A stretch of 64,000 bases of DNA, filler included, from Octopus bimaculoides (GCF_001194135.2; 9 parts of 9 records of this genome joined end to end with filler, not necessarily neighbours in it); one strand, 5' to 3'; positions 49,740 through 63,988 are shown, numbered from the whole stretch's first letter. Made by a program: numbers and translations. The notes: generated from the sequence alone by a model not told the origin.

Positions 49740-50898
49740 TTACTGAATTTCAACAATTAATTGCCGTCAGATATTTTAATATAAAATAGTACAAGAAACA
49801 AAGGAGATAATCAAGGGAGATAATCCGTTCTCCCTTCGTTCTGTCTCGTTATTTTCATTTTGTATAGCTTTCCTGCGGGAAGTAATTATAATATATAATA
49901 TTGGATATAAATGAGATGTGCATTACATTCTGAACAGAGATTTTTATGAGCGTAAAAGTACGTCAGTGATTAACTTATCTATTGAAGCAGATAATCACCA
50001 CCTGCTGCAAAAATTGTGATTTGAAGTAGTCAGGCAAATAAAACAAAAAGAAAAACGATAACAAAAGAAAAAAGGAGAAAAAGAATGGATTTCATCCTGA
50101 ACGAGCCACCAAAGAGTGGAAGGAGANNNNNNNNNNNNNNNNNNNNNNNNNNNNNNNNNNNNNNNNNNNNNNNNNNNNNNNNNNNNNNNNNNNNNNNNNN
50201 NNNNNNNNNNNNNNNNNNNNNNNNNNNNNNNNNNNNNNNNNNNNNNNNNNNNNNNNNNNNNNNNNNNNNNNNNNNNNNNNNNNNNNNNNNNNNNNNNNNN
50301 NNNNNNNNNNNNNNNNNNNNNNNNNNNNNNNNNNNNNNNNNNNNNNNNNNNNNNNNNNNNNNNNNNNNNNNNNNNNNNNNNNNNNNNNNNNNNNNNNNNN
50401 NNNNNNNNNNNNNNNNNNNNNNNNNNNNNNNNNNNNNNNNNNNNNNNNNNNNNNNNNNNNNNNNNNNNNNNNNNNNNNNNNNNNNNNNNNNNNNNNNNNN
50501 NNNNNNNNNNNNNNNNNNNNNNNNNNNNNNNNNNNNNNNNNNNNNNNNNNNNNNNNNNNNNNNNNNNNNNNNNNNNNNNNNNNNNNNNNNNNNNNNNNNN
50601 NNNNNNNNNNNNNNNNNNNNNNNNNNNNNNNNNNNNNNNNNNNNNNNNNNNNNNNNNNNNNNNNNNNNNNNNNNNNNNNNNNNNNNNNNNCCGTCATTTA
50701 CTGTGACTCAGCACCTATATTGCTAGAAATAAGAGTTAAAACTCTTATATCTTTATAAGCACGCGCATACACACACACACTTGCAGACGCTCGCGCACAC
50801 ACACACACAAACACACACACACACACACACGCATATATACACACATCCATACACTGACAGGGGAGATAACTATCCATGAGCAAAGCTGCAAGGCCACT

Positions 50899-50935
<37 letters not shown>

Positions 50936-51295
50936 CGCGCGGGTGATCGATGAATTCTGTATTAGATTATATATTTTGTCCAAGTCTTTCTCCACCCCTA
51001 TTGCTTTGCTGTTCGTGTTCATAACATTTTATATATTGATGGCGTTGCAGATAACTACGACGCTATGCCAATTAATGTAAGCATATAAGTAAGACGGAGA
51101 GCCGGCGGAATCATTTGCACGACGGGCGAAATGCTTAGGAACAAGCTGGAGAACAAGCTACTCACTACGTTTTGTCATGGAATATATATCTCGCTTGTTG
51201 ACAAATGGCGTGTATATCATATGTAGATCAGCTTCCAGCGCCACCTTTAATTGAAAAAGGTTTGTTTGAATATTCATATTCATATTATTTGAATA

Positions 51296-51298
51296 ACA

Positions 51299-51389
<91 letters not shown>
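51296..51389. repeat. (AAT)n microsatellite
   Basis: Direct reading. Confidence 0.95.
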
Positions 51390-52331
51390 NNNNNNNNNNN
51401 NNNNNNNNNNNNNNNNNNNNNNNNNNNNNNNNNNNNNNNNNNNNNNNNNNNNNNNNNNNNNNNNNNNNNNNNNNNNNNNNNNNNNNNNNNNNNNNNNNNN
51501 NNNNNNNNNNNNNNNNNNNNNNNNNNNNNNNNNNNNNNNNNNNNNNNNNNNNNNNNNNNNNNNNNNNNNNNNNNNNNNNNNNNNNNNNNNNNNNNNNNNN
51601 NNNNNNNNNNNNNNNNNNNNNNNNNNNNNNNNNNNNNNNNNNNNNNNNNNNNNNNNNNNNNNNNNNNNNNNNNNNNNNNNNNNNNNNNNNNNNNNNNNNN
51701 NNNNNNNNNNNNNNNNNNNNNNNNNNNNNNNNNNNNNNNNNNNNNNNNNNNNNNNNNNNNNNNNNNNNNNNNNNNNNNNNNNNNNNNNNNNNNNNNNNNN
51801 NNNNNNNNNNNNNNNNNNNNNNNNNNNNNNNNNNNNNNNNNNNNNNNNNNNNNNNNNNNNNNNNNNNNNNNNNNNNNNNNNNNNNNNNNNNNNNNNNNNN
51901 NNNNNNNNNNNNNNNNNNNNNNNNNNNNNNNNNNNNNNNNNNNNNNNNNNNNNNNNNNNNNNNNNNNNNNNNNNNNNNNNNNNNNNNNNNNNNNNNNNNN
52001 NNNNNNNNNNNNNNNNNNNNNNNNNNNNNNNNNNNNNNNNNNNNNNNNNNNNNNNNNNNNNNNNNNNNNNNNNNNNNNNNNNNNNNNNNNNNNNNNNNNN
52101 NNNNNNNNNNNNNNNNNNNNNNNNNNNNNNNNNNNNNNNNNNNNNNNNNNNNNNNNNNNNNNNNNNNNNNNNNNNNNNNNNNNNNNNNNNNNNNNNNNNN
52201 NNNNNNNNNNNNNNNNNNNNNNNNNNNNNNNNNNNNNNNNNNNNNNNNNNNNNNNNNNNNNNNNNNNNNNNNNNNNNNNNNNNNNNNNNNNNNNNNNNNN
52301 NNNNNNNNNNNNNNNNNNNNNNNNNNNNNNN

Positions 52332-52364
<33 letters not shown>

Positions 52365-53974
52365 TTACCCATCTATTTATCTATCAATCTATCTGAATAA
52401 GTACAGCAGTAGCCAGGCCAACTTCGAGTCATTTAGCTAGTGTACATACATACATACATACATACATACATACATACATACATAATTAAGCGTAGTTTTA
52501 GAATGGTGGCAGCTGATGAAGGAAATGTTCTCTATGCGGCTTGTGTGTTTTCTGTACACTGTTTATGTCCTGTTTTTCATTTTGTCCACGTTTTTTTGTG
52601 TGACGTCCTGTACCTAGATATGCATCTATATATACATGTAGATGTAGGTATGTACATACATGTACGTATATATGCATATACTCACATATTATTTGTATTA
52701 TTATATATAAATATATATACATTTATATATTTATATATGTATGTATGTGTATATGTGCATATGCATACCTATACATACATGTATATATATATATGCATGT
52801 GTGAATATATGTGTGTATGTATAAATATTCACATAGTGCATTCAAAATGCGTGAAAACGAGGCAGGTATACAGAGATAAAACGACTGTAGAATACCAACA
52901 AAAAGTCCGCGTATACCAACGTAAAACGGATACAAGAAAGTGTCATATTTGAAAGTGTGTGACATATTTCAGATTGTGTTAATCAACATTATGGATTTAG
53001 GTGACAAAACTAATTAGTATGTTTAACACTTTAGTTAAGAGTCGAACTGTTACTTTTATAGCTAACTACATCGGCATCAACATCATGGACGCTTAGTGAT
53101 AAATATTATCGAACAGAGAGAAACGTAAGTGATAGATATGTGTAGGAAGGAAGCTTAGAGAGAGAGGAGGGGAGGGAGGGAGGGAGGGAGAGAGAGAGAG
53201 AGAGAGAGNNNNNNNNNNNNNNNNNNNNNNNNNNNNNNNNNNNNNNNNNNNNNNNNNNNNNNNNNNNNNNNNNNNNNNNNNNNNNNNNNNNNNNNNNNNN
53301 NNNNNNNNNNNNNNNNNNNNNNNNNNNNNNNNNNNNNNNNNNNNNNNNNNNNNNNNNNNNNNNNNNNNNNNNNNNNNNNNNNNNNNNNNNNNNNNNNNNN
53401 NNNNNNNNNNNNNNNNNNNNNNNNNNNNNNNNNNNNNNNNNNNNNNNNNNNNNNNNNNNNNNNNNNNNNNNNNNNNNNNNNNNNNNNNNNNNNNNNNNNN
53501 NNNNNNNNNNNNNNNNNNNNNNNNNNNNNNNNNNNNNNNNNNNNNNNNNNNNNNNNNNNNNNNNNNNNNNNNNNNNNNNNNNNNNNNNNNNNNNNNNNNN
53601 NNNNNNNNNNNNNNNNNNNNNNNNNNNNNNNNNNNNNNNNNNNNNNNNNNNNNNNNNNNNNNNNNNNNNNNNNNNNNNNNNNNNNNNNNNNNNNNNNNNN
53701 NNNNNNNNNNNNNNNNNNNNNNNNNNNNNNNNNNNNNNTGACTACCCGTCTGATAGGAGTACACCAGGCGCATGCATCGCAACCATACGTGCGCGGCATG
53801 ACTGTCCTAGATTATTGTAACTCTGGTTACATGTCATTACAATACGTCTAGTAAGCTGACCTGCCGACTTTTGTGATCCAGATTGAAGGAAACAGCTGGA
53901 AGAGTACGTCGAACACGCATTCTAATAAAGACTGCTAGTCACAGTCGACTTGTTTGCAGAATGCAATCGGGGCG

Positions 53975-54325
53975 TGAAGATGAATCCGGAAGCTCGCTAC
54001 GCAACAAGGTTTTGTGTTTAAACGAGGCGAAAAAAAAAAAACAACAGAAGCTTACGAAATGCTGCATACCGCTTACGGATTAATTAATATTAGCCGACTA
54101 CCTGTGTTTTATCACTGGAAAATGAGGCCAAGCAAAGCAAATCGATCGGGAATCTCATGATGATCACCTTTTTCAACGGCACGATTTTCTATATCAACTG
54201 AGTTCCTTCTGGTCAGACGGTCAACAAAGAGTGCTTTGTGGAGGTTTGTGAGAGAATTCAGGAAGTGTTTTCGTCGCAGAAGCCCTGAGCACCTGCACCA
54301 GAACAATTCCACAATTCCGTCCTTC
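53975..54325 (+). mobile_element. Deleted mariner transposase relic
   Basis: RYATRFCV...TTEAYEMLHTAYG; QSKSIGNLMMITFF; PSGQTVNKECFVEV...RRRSPE..LHQNNS. Confidence 0.75.
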
Positions 54326-54409
54326 CAAAATGTTTGCACTGTATCTTGTATATTCCTCAAGATGCTTAACTCTATTCTTGCAAATGTTGGTTGCGTGTCT
54401 CAATGTTCT

Positions 54410-54736
54410 GATGTTATTACTGCTGCTGCGGCTGCTACCACTACTACTACTACCACTACTACTACCACTACTACTGCAGCTGCTGCTGCTACCACTACTA
54501 CTAGCACTACTACTACCACTACTACTGCAGCTGCTGCTGCTGCTGCTACCACTACTACTACTACCACTACTACTGCAGCTGCTGCTTTTGCAGCACCTGC
54601 TACTGCTTTTACCACCACCACTACTACTACTACTACTAACACCACCACCACCACTACTGCTGTTTCTGCTGCTGCTGCTGCTATTACTACTACGACGACC
54701 ACCACCACCACTACCACTTCCGCCATTATTATTACT
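54410..54736. repeat. (ACT/ACC/GCT)n compound trinucleotide tract
   Basis: Direct reading. Confidence 0.9.
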
Positions 54737-55281
54737 NNNNNNNNNNNNNNNNNNNNNNNNNNNNNNNNNNNNNNNNNNNNTTAATTAATTAANNNNNNNN
54801 NNNNNNNNNNNNNNNNNNNNNNNNNNNNNNNNNNNNGTATGTATATATACACATACACACGTTCCAGAAATTTTTGTTTCCTTACCTTTTTTCTACGTAA
54901 GTCAGTCGTTCTGGTAGTTTACTTATAACCGGTCCGTTGACTTTGGGACTTCGTATTGTATCGCGAATTATCTCATCCTTCTTTCCTTCTTTCTTCCTTC
55001 CGTCCACCTTTGACATTGTATACAGCAATATAAAAGACTAACAATCTCGAGGAAATTATAAGAAATGACATTATTATTAATTGTTTGTTAAAAGAAAATT
55101 CAATTCAACATCTTCAATTAAGTCGACTTAACAAATACTAAATTTCCTCCACTGTCTGAATTCCAAACGTAAATTTTACCCGACTTCTCTTCACTATATT
55201 TAAGGTCAATACTTCGGCTCTCAATTTCTTCATTATACTAAATTACTACTGTTTACAACTGGCATTGCATCGTACCAAATA

Positions 55282-55465
55282 CCGTTCTATATTTAAGAGA
55301 TGAGGAATTATGTACATTATTTCCATTTGAAGGATATTTGTCCTCATCTTGTTTGTTGCTAACACACCGCTTCGGCTGATGTACCCTCCAGCCTTCATCA
55401 GGTGTCTTGGGGAAATTTCAAACCTGAGTTCTTATTCCTATGGTATTTTTCGATGTTATTATTAT
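55282..55465 (-). mobile_element. ORF-less copy of the PLE terminal module carrying a hammerhead motif
   Basis: Colinear with 42314-42495, same 3' boundary; 5' end lies inside the (AAT)n tract. Confidence 0.85.
55361..55406 (-). ncRNA. Minimal type I hammerhead ribozyme motif (copy 3)
   Basis: GACAC-CTGATGA-AGGCTG-GAGGGTACAT-CAGCC-GAAG-CGGT-GTGTT: stems I and II perfect, A15.1 and U16.1 mutated. Confidence 0.7.
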
Positions 55466-56825
55466 GAAATACGAAAATAACCCTGGGTACGCAAACAACG
55501 AGAGAAACAAATGGAAAAAAAGACAGTTAACATAACGAACAACCCTTCATTAGTTGTCAGCTGTCCTTCTAGCCTTATTTCGAGCATTTAATGACATTAT
55601 AAGACTTTGAAGGCACTTTCTCCTTTCCGACAAAGAGCTGTGCTCGAAACATCAAACCGTCGCCTTTCACTGAGCGTCAAGCTAATACATTCCTTGTGAA
55701 CATCCTCACGTTCGTCTCTTTTTTTCGCTTATTTGAATTCTTTTTATTGTAAATTGGTTGTTTATTTGAAATGAATATATGTACATATATATANNNNNNN
55801 NNNNNNNNNNNNNNNNNNNNNNNNNNNNNNNNNNNNNNNNNNNNNNNNNNNNNNNNNNNNNNNNNNNNNNNNNNNNNNNNNNNNNNNNNNNNNNNNNNNN
55901 NNNNNNNNNNNNNNNNNNNNNNNNNNNNNNNNNNNNNNNNNNNNNNNNNNNNNNNNNNNNNNNNNNNNNNNNNNNNNNNNNNNNNNNNNNNNNNNNNNNN
56001 NNNNNNNNNNNNNNNNNNNNNNNNNNNNNNNNNNNNNNNNNNNNNNNNNNNNNNNNNNNNNNNNNNNNNNNNNNNNNNNNNNNNNNNNNNNNNNNNNNNN
56101 NNNNNNNNNNNNNNNNNNNNNNNNNNNNNNNNNNNNNNNNNNNNNNNNNNNNNNNNNNNNNNNNNNNNNNNNNNNNNNNNNNNNNNNNNNNNNNNNNNNN
56201 NNNNNNNNNNNNNNNNNNNNNNNNNNNNNNNNNNNNNNNNNNNNNNNNNNNNNNNNNNNNNNNNNNNNNNNNNNNNNNNNNNNNNNNNNNNNNNNNNNNN
56301 NNNNNNNNNNNNNNNNNNNNNNNNNNNNNNNNNNNNNNNNNNNNNNNNNNNNNNNNNNNNNNNNNNNNNNNNNNNNNNNNNNNNNNNNNNNNNNNNNNNN
56401 NNNNNNNNNNNNNNNNNNNNNNNNNNNNNNNNNNNNNNNNNNNATATATATATATATAAGCTTAGAGGGATATATTTTCCGGGTAGCCTTCAGTTATGTT
56501 CCAGGTTACTGCTAATTGCATCGACTAGTATTTAACGTCTATGACTTCTACGAGTTGTCATTCACACTGTAAATTCCACCGATGGGTTATTCCGTGTTCT
56601 CTTCACTGGATGATAATATAATCTGGAGTGTATATTTGTAATAACTACAAGGATAGAGAATATAGAGGCTGGTACATCCTCAAAATTTATTTACTTTTAT
56701 TTTTATCATACATTATTTACTTTTACTTTTATCATACAGCATATTGTTATAGTTACGACGACCTACACGTGTTTCCACTGCACAGAGTATGAGCAGTTGC
56801 ATATGCGACCGGGCATAATTTACTA

Positions 56826-57095
56826 CCAAACTTTGGTCAGTCCGAAAATATAGTAGAACATACTTGTCCAAGATGCCACGCATTGAGATTGAACCCGGAA
56901 CCATTGCGGTAGGGAAGCAAACTGCTTATCAGACAGCCACGCTTGCGCCTATAGGTTTTCCCTTTCGGAAACCTCATTATGTAGGCATTGGTCACTGCGG
57001 AGTAAACATTCGGCCAAAGTGTCACGCAGTGGGACTGAACCCGAAACTACGTGCTGCTGGTGATGCAGTTGGACGTCTTATCTACACAGCCACCA
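56826..57095 (-). mobile_element. Two diverged family A SINE pieces
   Basis: CTTGTCCAAGATGCCACGCATTGAGATTGAACCCGGAACC; CACGCAGTGGGACTGAACCCG. Confidence 0.65.
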
Positions 57096-57304
57096 GTTTG
57101 CACGATTAGAGCGCATCTTAGACTGAAAAAAAATAACAGCATCAACAACAACAGCAAGTAGACAGACAGACATAGTATCTGAGACATAAATCCAAGTGGT
57201 AAACAACATCTTGCGTATGGGTATGTAGGTATGTGTGCGTGCATGTGTGTGTGCGCATGTGTGTGTGCGTCTGCGTGTGTATATGCATATGTGCCTTGTG
57301 TGTC

Positions 57305-57357
<53 letters not shown>

Positions 57358-57707
57358 CATACGGTCGTAAACAGCGGTGTGGAGTAGGAGTTGTCTTCTC
57401 GTTATCGTAGTTTCCACGTCTACGCGTTGTCTNNNNNNNNNNNNNNNNNNNNNNNNNNNNNNNNNNNNNNNNNNNNNNNNNNNNNNNNNNNNNNNNNNNN
57501 NNNNNNNNNNNNNNNNNNNNNNNNNNNNNNNNNNNNNNNNNNNNNNNNNNNNNNNNNNNNNNNNNNNNNNNNNNNNNNNNNNNNNNNNNNNNNNNNNNNN
57601 NNNNNNNNNNNNNNNNNNNNNNNNNNNNNNNNNNNNNNNNNNNNNNNNNNNNNNNNNNNNNNNNNNNNNNNNNNNNNNNNNNNNNNNNNNNNNNNNNNNN
57701 NNNNNNN

Positions 57708-57750
<43 letters not shown>

Positions 57751-58377
57751 GAAGAAAAAAAGAAGGAAAGAAAGTAAAAAACTAAAACAAAAACCATTGA
57801 CGAAAGGCAAGTGTTGTTATTGTGATGAAAAGTTCGCTCTCCAGCTTCCGGAAACTCTTATCTGACCATCTCTCACGTCACCCGACAACATACAACTCGA
57901 ATTTCTTCCTTACCCAATAACATCCCCGTCGCCGCCGCCGCCGCCAATTCTCACCTCCGCCGCCGCTGCCTTTAATCCTATTTTAGACACGAAAATATAT
58001 TTTATTTACTTTGCTACATGTTTATTTGAACCATGCAACAGCTCAGCTCCACCACACTCGTTCTCTGTTCCCGACTATGGTGGCCTGATCCATACTTGTG
58101 CGTGTTAATAGACCTAATAATACGATAGAGATATGTTTATCAGAGGGTGTATATGCATGTGTGCACGTATAAACATATGCATACACATATATATATAATA
58201 TATACACGCGCGTGTGTACGTGTGTAATATGCACACATATATGAACAAATATCTATTAATAAACAGCGCATGTTTCTCTTTTCTATCTCAAATTGGTAAG
58301 ATATAGTATCTAATATCGGTTAATGTGTTTGCATATATGTATATGTGTGTGTGTGTATGCATAAACAAATATGTATG

Positions 58378-58414
<37 letters not shown>

Positions 58415-58434
58415 CTGTGTGTGTGTGTGTGTAT

Positions 58435-58530
58435 TCTTTTACTCTTTTACTTGTTTCAGTCATTTGAGTGCGGCTAAGCTGGAGCACCGCTTTTAGTCGA
58501 GCAAATCGACCCCAGGACTTATTCTTTGTA
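58435..58530 (-). mobile_element. SINE family E 3' fragment
   Basis: Matches 10118-10220. Confidence 0.8.
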
Positions 58531-60384
58531 TAATATATATATNNNNNNNNNNNNNNNNNNNNNNNNNNNNNNNNNNNNNNNNNNNNTTAATTAATTAANN
58601 NNNNNNNNNNNNNNNNNNNNNNNNNNNNNNNNNNNNNNNNNNATATATATATATATATATATACATACATACATATATATCAAACAAAGCATAGTTCAGA
58701 TAAACAGGAGGCAAATATGAAACGTTCACAAAATTGAGAAATGAGGAAAGAATTCAAATAAAAATGGGGGATAACTTTTAGCGAGAGTGTGAAAGAAGAA
58801 TTATAGAGCAGTCAAAAACGTATATCGTTGTTGTTGAAGAGCTACTAAGGATAGACGGGAACGGTAAGTAGAGTAATATGGAGAAAATTTGTGACAATGA
58901 GCAGGCAGAGGTATTAAGAAGATCTAAAATGCCAAAACAGCGTAAGATATGAGGCAATGGGCATATTGGCGAGGAAAGTGGGGAACGTATACGTAGAGAG
59001 GAATAGTAAAGACAGATATGAACCAAGAATAAGGAATCTTTAAAAAAAATATACTAAATAAATAAATGAGATGACTCTTAAATCAAATATGCATCAAACA
59101 AATATTCATTCGGCGTTTAGAAGTGTCTGACCCATTTAGTTACAATAAATACTGTGTCTGTTATTGATGGTGATGATGCCTACTGATATTTCATTTTCGG
59201 TTGACCTTTCGATTTACGCTTAAACTGAACCCACTTCCTTACGTATCACATGTCTCGCTCAGCACCCACATTTTCCTTCTCTGGCGAGCATCAACATCAA
59301 TACCAATCATCATAGCCTCAATCATCCCCAGCATCATCACTAACTACAATCACAACAACGCAGTACCAGTAAGAATAATAACAACGCCATTTTCACTTTA
59401 AAATATATTGCATTCATTACAGAATCTCAGAAGCGACATGAAGTTCCTAGTTTTAAATCTGATATTTTTATCAACACTATAACATCAAGTGTACTTTCAA
59501 CTCCACCAGTACAGTACATAAGTTATACAATTTCGTAGAAGTAGTAGTTAAATCACACTCAAGTAATGCGCTGTTTTCATAAAAGAAAACAACCAAGGAA
59601 CGAAGCATTGGACAATATAGATACAGGCACGAAAACAAGGCGTTTATAAAGTCTTTGATAACAGTTTTGCTAGGTTTTCAAGCTTAAAGAAAAAAACAAA
59701 GGAGCCATCAAGTACAATGAAATCACTAATACTCTTTCTAACGCCTCCAGTAAGAGAATCATCACTACAACCACTACGACCCTCATCAGTCACCACAACC
59801 ACCTCCGCCAGATTCGGCACCACAATCATTTGCATACCTTCCACATCACCAGTATTACAATCATTATTACCACCCGGCAACCCATTTCCAGTGCTACCGC
59901 AAGTAACACCTCATTCACCACAACGAACAGCCCCAACACCATAAACAACATCAGCATCGTCTCCATTCTTGCATTCACTATCACAACCACAAACGCCACC
60001 AAGACCAACACCATCACCTATTCAAGATCATCTTTTTTTTTTTCGGTAAGAGTAATGTCAACATATTCATTTAACACTTTTATACAGTTTCACAAACATG
60101 CATACTTACACACACAGATATAAAGAAACATTCATATGCGCATCCATATATACACAGAGACAGAAATAAACTTATACATACATCGGCGTGTACACACACA
60201 CGCTCGCATACACACTCACATATACATGTGTATAGGTATGTGCATAAATATATATGTTTATACATATTTACACGCATCTAGCTACACAAACATAAATTAG
60301 GTATTTATTTATGACCCTTTAATTATTTACAGATCAGTCTGCACACCCACAGAATACATATACATGCATACATACATACATACA

Positions 60385-60458
<74 letters not shown>

Positions 60459-60559
60459 TACTTATCTGCCTCTCAACCATCCCAGTATTTTTTTTTTGTT
60501 TACATTTCCATTCAATTCCTGTATATGTACATGTAAGCCTGTGTGATATTGTGTATTTC

Positions 60560-61530
60560 TTTATAATTCTATTTACCTTTTTACAAAATGTATTTTTTAT
60601 TGATTTCGTCATTCATATTTTTGGGGAGTTTTGCTCAATTTTTATTTTTTTATTTTATTCTACATTTATTTATTTTTCATGCTTATAATTTTTTTTATTC
60701 TATTTACATCTATTTTTTATCGATTATTTGAATATTTGTATTTTGTTTCTTTAATATTTACGTTTCATTAATATTTTATTCACCCTATTTAATTTTTTTA
60801 TCTCCATATTTTACAGGTTTTGAAATTTTTACTAATTTTTTTCTCTTTTTTATCTGTGGTTTATGTTTTCCTTTCGTTTGGTTTCATTGTTACTTTGTTA
60901 TTCTTTTAAAATTTTCTTTTTTTCTTTTTATGTCTTGTTTTTAAAATTATTCATTTCGTTTCATTTCACTTTCCACCATTTTTATTTGCGTTTCTCTTTT
61001 GCTTTTTTTTCCTTTTATGTTACGCTATTTTATTCTGCTTTTTTATATATTTTTATATTTCAAATTCCCCAATGTTTTATTTTACTCTATATTTGATTGT
61101 TTTAGATTTTCACATTTTCGTCAAACTTTTTTATTGTTTTCCTAATATTTGTATGTATATTTATACTTTACTTCGTTTTCTTTATATTCTTTTTCCATTT
61201 TGTTGTAGTTTGTTGTAACTTTAAAAGCCCCGACCAACCACCAAACTCACAGTTCACATCTGACAAGCTAATTATGGTCGTTTGTGGCTGACAGACAGTT
61301 TTAAGTGAATTTAGCATTATTACGTAGTTCCTGTCACTGATAAAATCCTATTAGATCTCTCTAACGAACAGAACAAACATTGCTCTTCTCCTTGTTTTCA
61401 TACTTCCTCCTCTTCTCCGCCTTCTTCTTCTTCTTCTTCTTCTTCTTCTTCTTCTTCTTCTTCTTCTTCTTCTTCTTCTTCTTCTTCTTCTTCTTCTTCT
61501 TCTTCTTCTTCTTCTTCTTCTTCTTCTTCT
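60560..61530. repeat. T-rich low-complexity tract (60560-61210) and (CTT)n (61421-61530)
   Basis: Direct reading. Confidence 0.9.
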
Positions 61531-62716
61531 NNNNNNNNNNNNNNNNNNNNNNNNNNNNNNNNNNNNNNNNNNNNTTAATTAATTAANNNNNNNNNNNNNN
61601 NNNNNNNNNNNNNNNNNNNNNNNNNNNNNNTGAAAATAAAATGAAAATGAAAATGAAAATGAAATATACATATATATATATATGCGTGTGTGTGAAAGAA
61701 TGTATGCATATGTACGTATGTATACGTATGTATGTATATGTATGTTTTACTACGTGCCCTGACACCAACCAAGGGTTTTTTTTGCCTCTGCACTCAGATG
61801 GATTGTCATCACATATGCTAGTTAATTCATAGGTGGGACCCTGATAGTTGCTACTATACCAAATCAAAATAGACCCGGTAACAATAGCGGCTAAGGAGTG
61901 GCTCCACACTTCGAAAAATTCTGACGCTCCTGAACCAGAGCCCCACAACCGGATGCAGTTCAAAGTTATGGTCAGGACTATTGGGAGTGAGGGATCCCTA
62001 GCCGTTGCCACAGCGTCTTTCTAGTAGAGTAACACTTGGAAATAAAGCAGTTTCACCTTATTACCTGTCATCTCGCTTCAGACTGTCATTGGGTTCTAAT
62101 CACGGAGAGTCAAAGCGTGGCACCCACGTTGTACAAAAGCTTCTCACTGTAATCCACTGACGTACAGATGTCTCTTTTGGTGACTTCAATTGTCATTCTA
62201 TCTACTGAAAGCCCTGTGGCATTGGAAGAGCGAAGATGTTAGCAGACCTAACTAGTCGAAAGCGCACAGTCAATTACAACTTTTGTCAGTCACCTATGTT
62301 TCAAACCAAGAAGACTTACGACGAGTGGGAATAGTTATCTGAGAGGTCATGGACAGAAAATCAAAAATGCCATTGACAATGAGAAGGCACATAGAGACAG
62401 CAATCATCTTTAAAGATGGAACAATCACCATATATATATATATATGTATGTATGTATGTATGTGTATATGTGTTTGTGCATGAGTGTGTTTGTATGTGTG
62501 TGAAAGAGTGTGTCTACATTCAACAAGAGACACAGGCAATAGTTGCGTCAGAGTCAATCACATGATGTTCCGTTGATGAAGTTAGCAGATTTTTGAAACT
62601 TATTAATGTTTACAACTAAGTTTCTTTCTGTGAATGCTCGCTCGACCTTTTGAACCCACTAAGGACATTTCCTCTTTGAAATATCATTACTGTATTGCGT
62701 TCTGGGCGTGTGATTT

Positions 62717-62779
<63 letters not shown>

Positions 62780-63120
62780 GTGTGTGAATATATGTTGGTA
62801 TATATATATATATTTATGTGTACACACTCAATTATGCAATTTAACGTGTGTGTGTGTATATATATACTNNNNNNNNNNNNNNNNNNNNNNNNNNNNNNNN
62901 NNNNNNNNNNNNTTAATTAATTAANNNNNNNNNNNNNNNNNNNNNNNNNNNNNNNNNNNNNNNNNNNNTGATGATGATGATGGTGATGGATGGTAGTTGG
63001 GGTGAGGGAGGTGGCTGTGAGGATGATGTTGATGACGATGATGATGGTGTGGTGGTGGTGTTATGATGATGAGATCAATATGACGACGATGACGTGACGA
63101 CGACGACGACGATGACGAGA

Positions 63121-63182
<62 letters not shown>

Positions 63183-63261
63183 ACTAATGTTGGCAATGAG
63201 GATGATTGTGATAACGATGACAATGGTAATCATTAGTATTGCTTTAAGGGTGACGATTGTA

Positions 63262-63542
63262 GCGGTATTAGTGAAGGCACGGCTAACGGTCGTAAGATCG
63301 TGAGTTCAATACCCGACGCTGCGTTGTATCCTTGAGCAAGACACTTTATTTCGATGGTACTCCAGTCCTTTCAGCTGGCAAAATTTAATTGTACCTGTAT
63401 TTCAAAAGGCCAGATTTGTTACACTCTATGTCGTACTGAATCTCCGTGGAATACTCAGCCACTTCTATGTTAATCCCACAAGCAGACTGTTCCGTTGATC
63501 GAATCATCTGGAACCCACGTCCTCGTAACTGACGGAGTGCCA
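63262..63542 (+). mobile_element. SINE: CORE-like head C plus tail 1
   Basis: GTATCCTTGAGCAAGACACTTTATTTC...CAGCTGGCAAAA...ACCTGTATTTCAAAAGGCC...GACGGAGTGCCA. Confidence 0.8.
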
Positions 63543-63938
63543 GTTTTTTTTTGTCTGTTGTTGCGGTATTTGTGAAATGTTTGATGATGATAAGGAATAA
63601 AGAATAAGGAGTAGGATTTTCTACGAGATAATCTATTATTCGGGATTTCCAGAGATGATATTGGTGATCCCTGACGATACTTACATAAAACAGGAAACTA
63701 GTCAATTCTAAACTCATTTCCTGCTACTGAAAGTTCCTGTGCCTTATATATGTGATCGATTTTCATTACGTGCTTGGATATGTGTATATTGAACGTATCA
63801 TATATAACTTTCTTATATATACAATGATATATATGCATGAAGCTAAATCTATTTTAAAGATGGCCTCAACAATGACAAAAGCTGAGAAACTGGTTAATTG
63901 TGAATTCTTCCTTTTAGTTTTACGGGAGTTTCAAGACT

Positions 63939-63988
<50 letters not shown>

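Noticed and set aside
43368-52530. Additional CTGATGA motifs at 43373 and about 52512
   Set aside because: No convincing stem II followed by GAAA and no stem I partner.
59200-60030. His/Thr/Pro-rich ORFs that might be a host exon
   Set aside because: Degenerate CAC/CAT/AAC low complexity, stops in alternative frames, no recognisable domain and no supportable splice sites.
9211-62924. Eight identical TTAATTAATTAA palindromes (9211, 29169, 35045, 42560, 54781, 58587, 61575, 62913)
   Set aside because: Always embedded in the middle of N-runs, so it is a scaffolding spacer, not biology.
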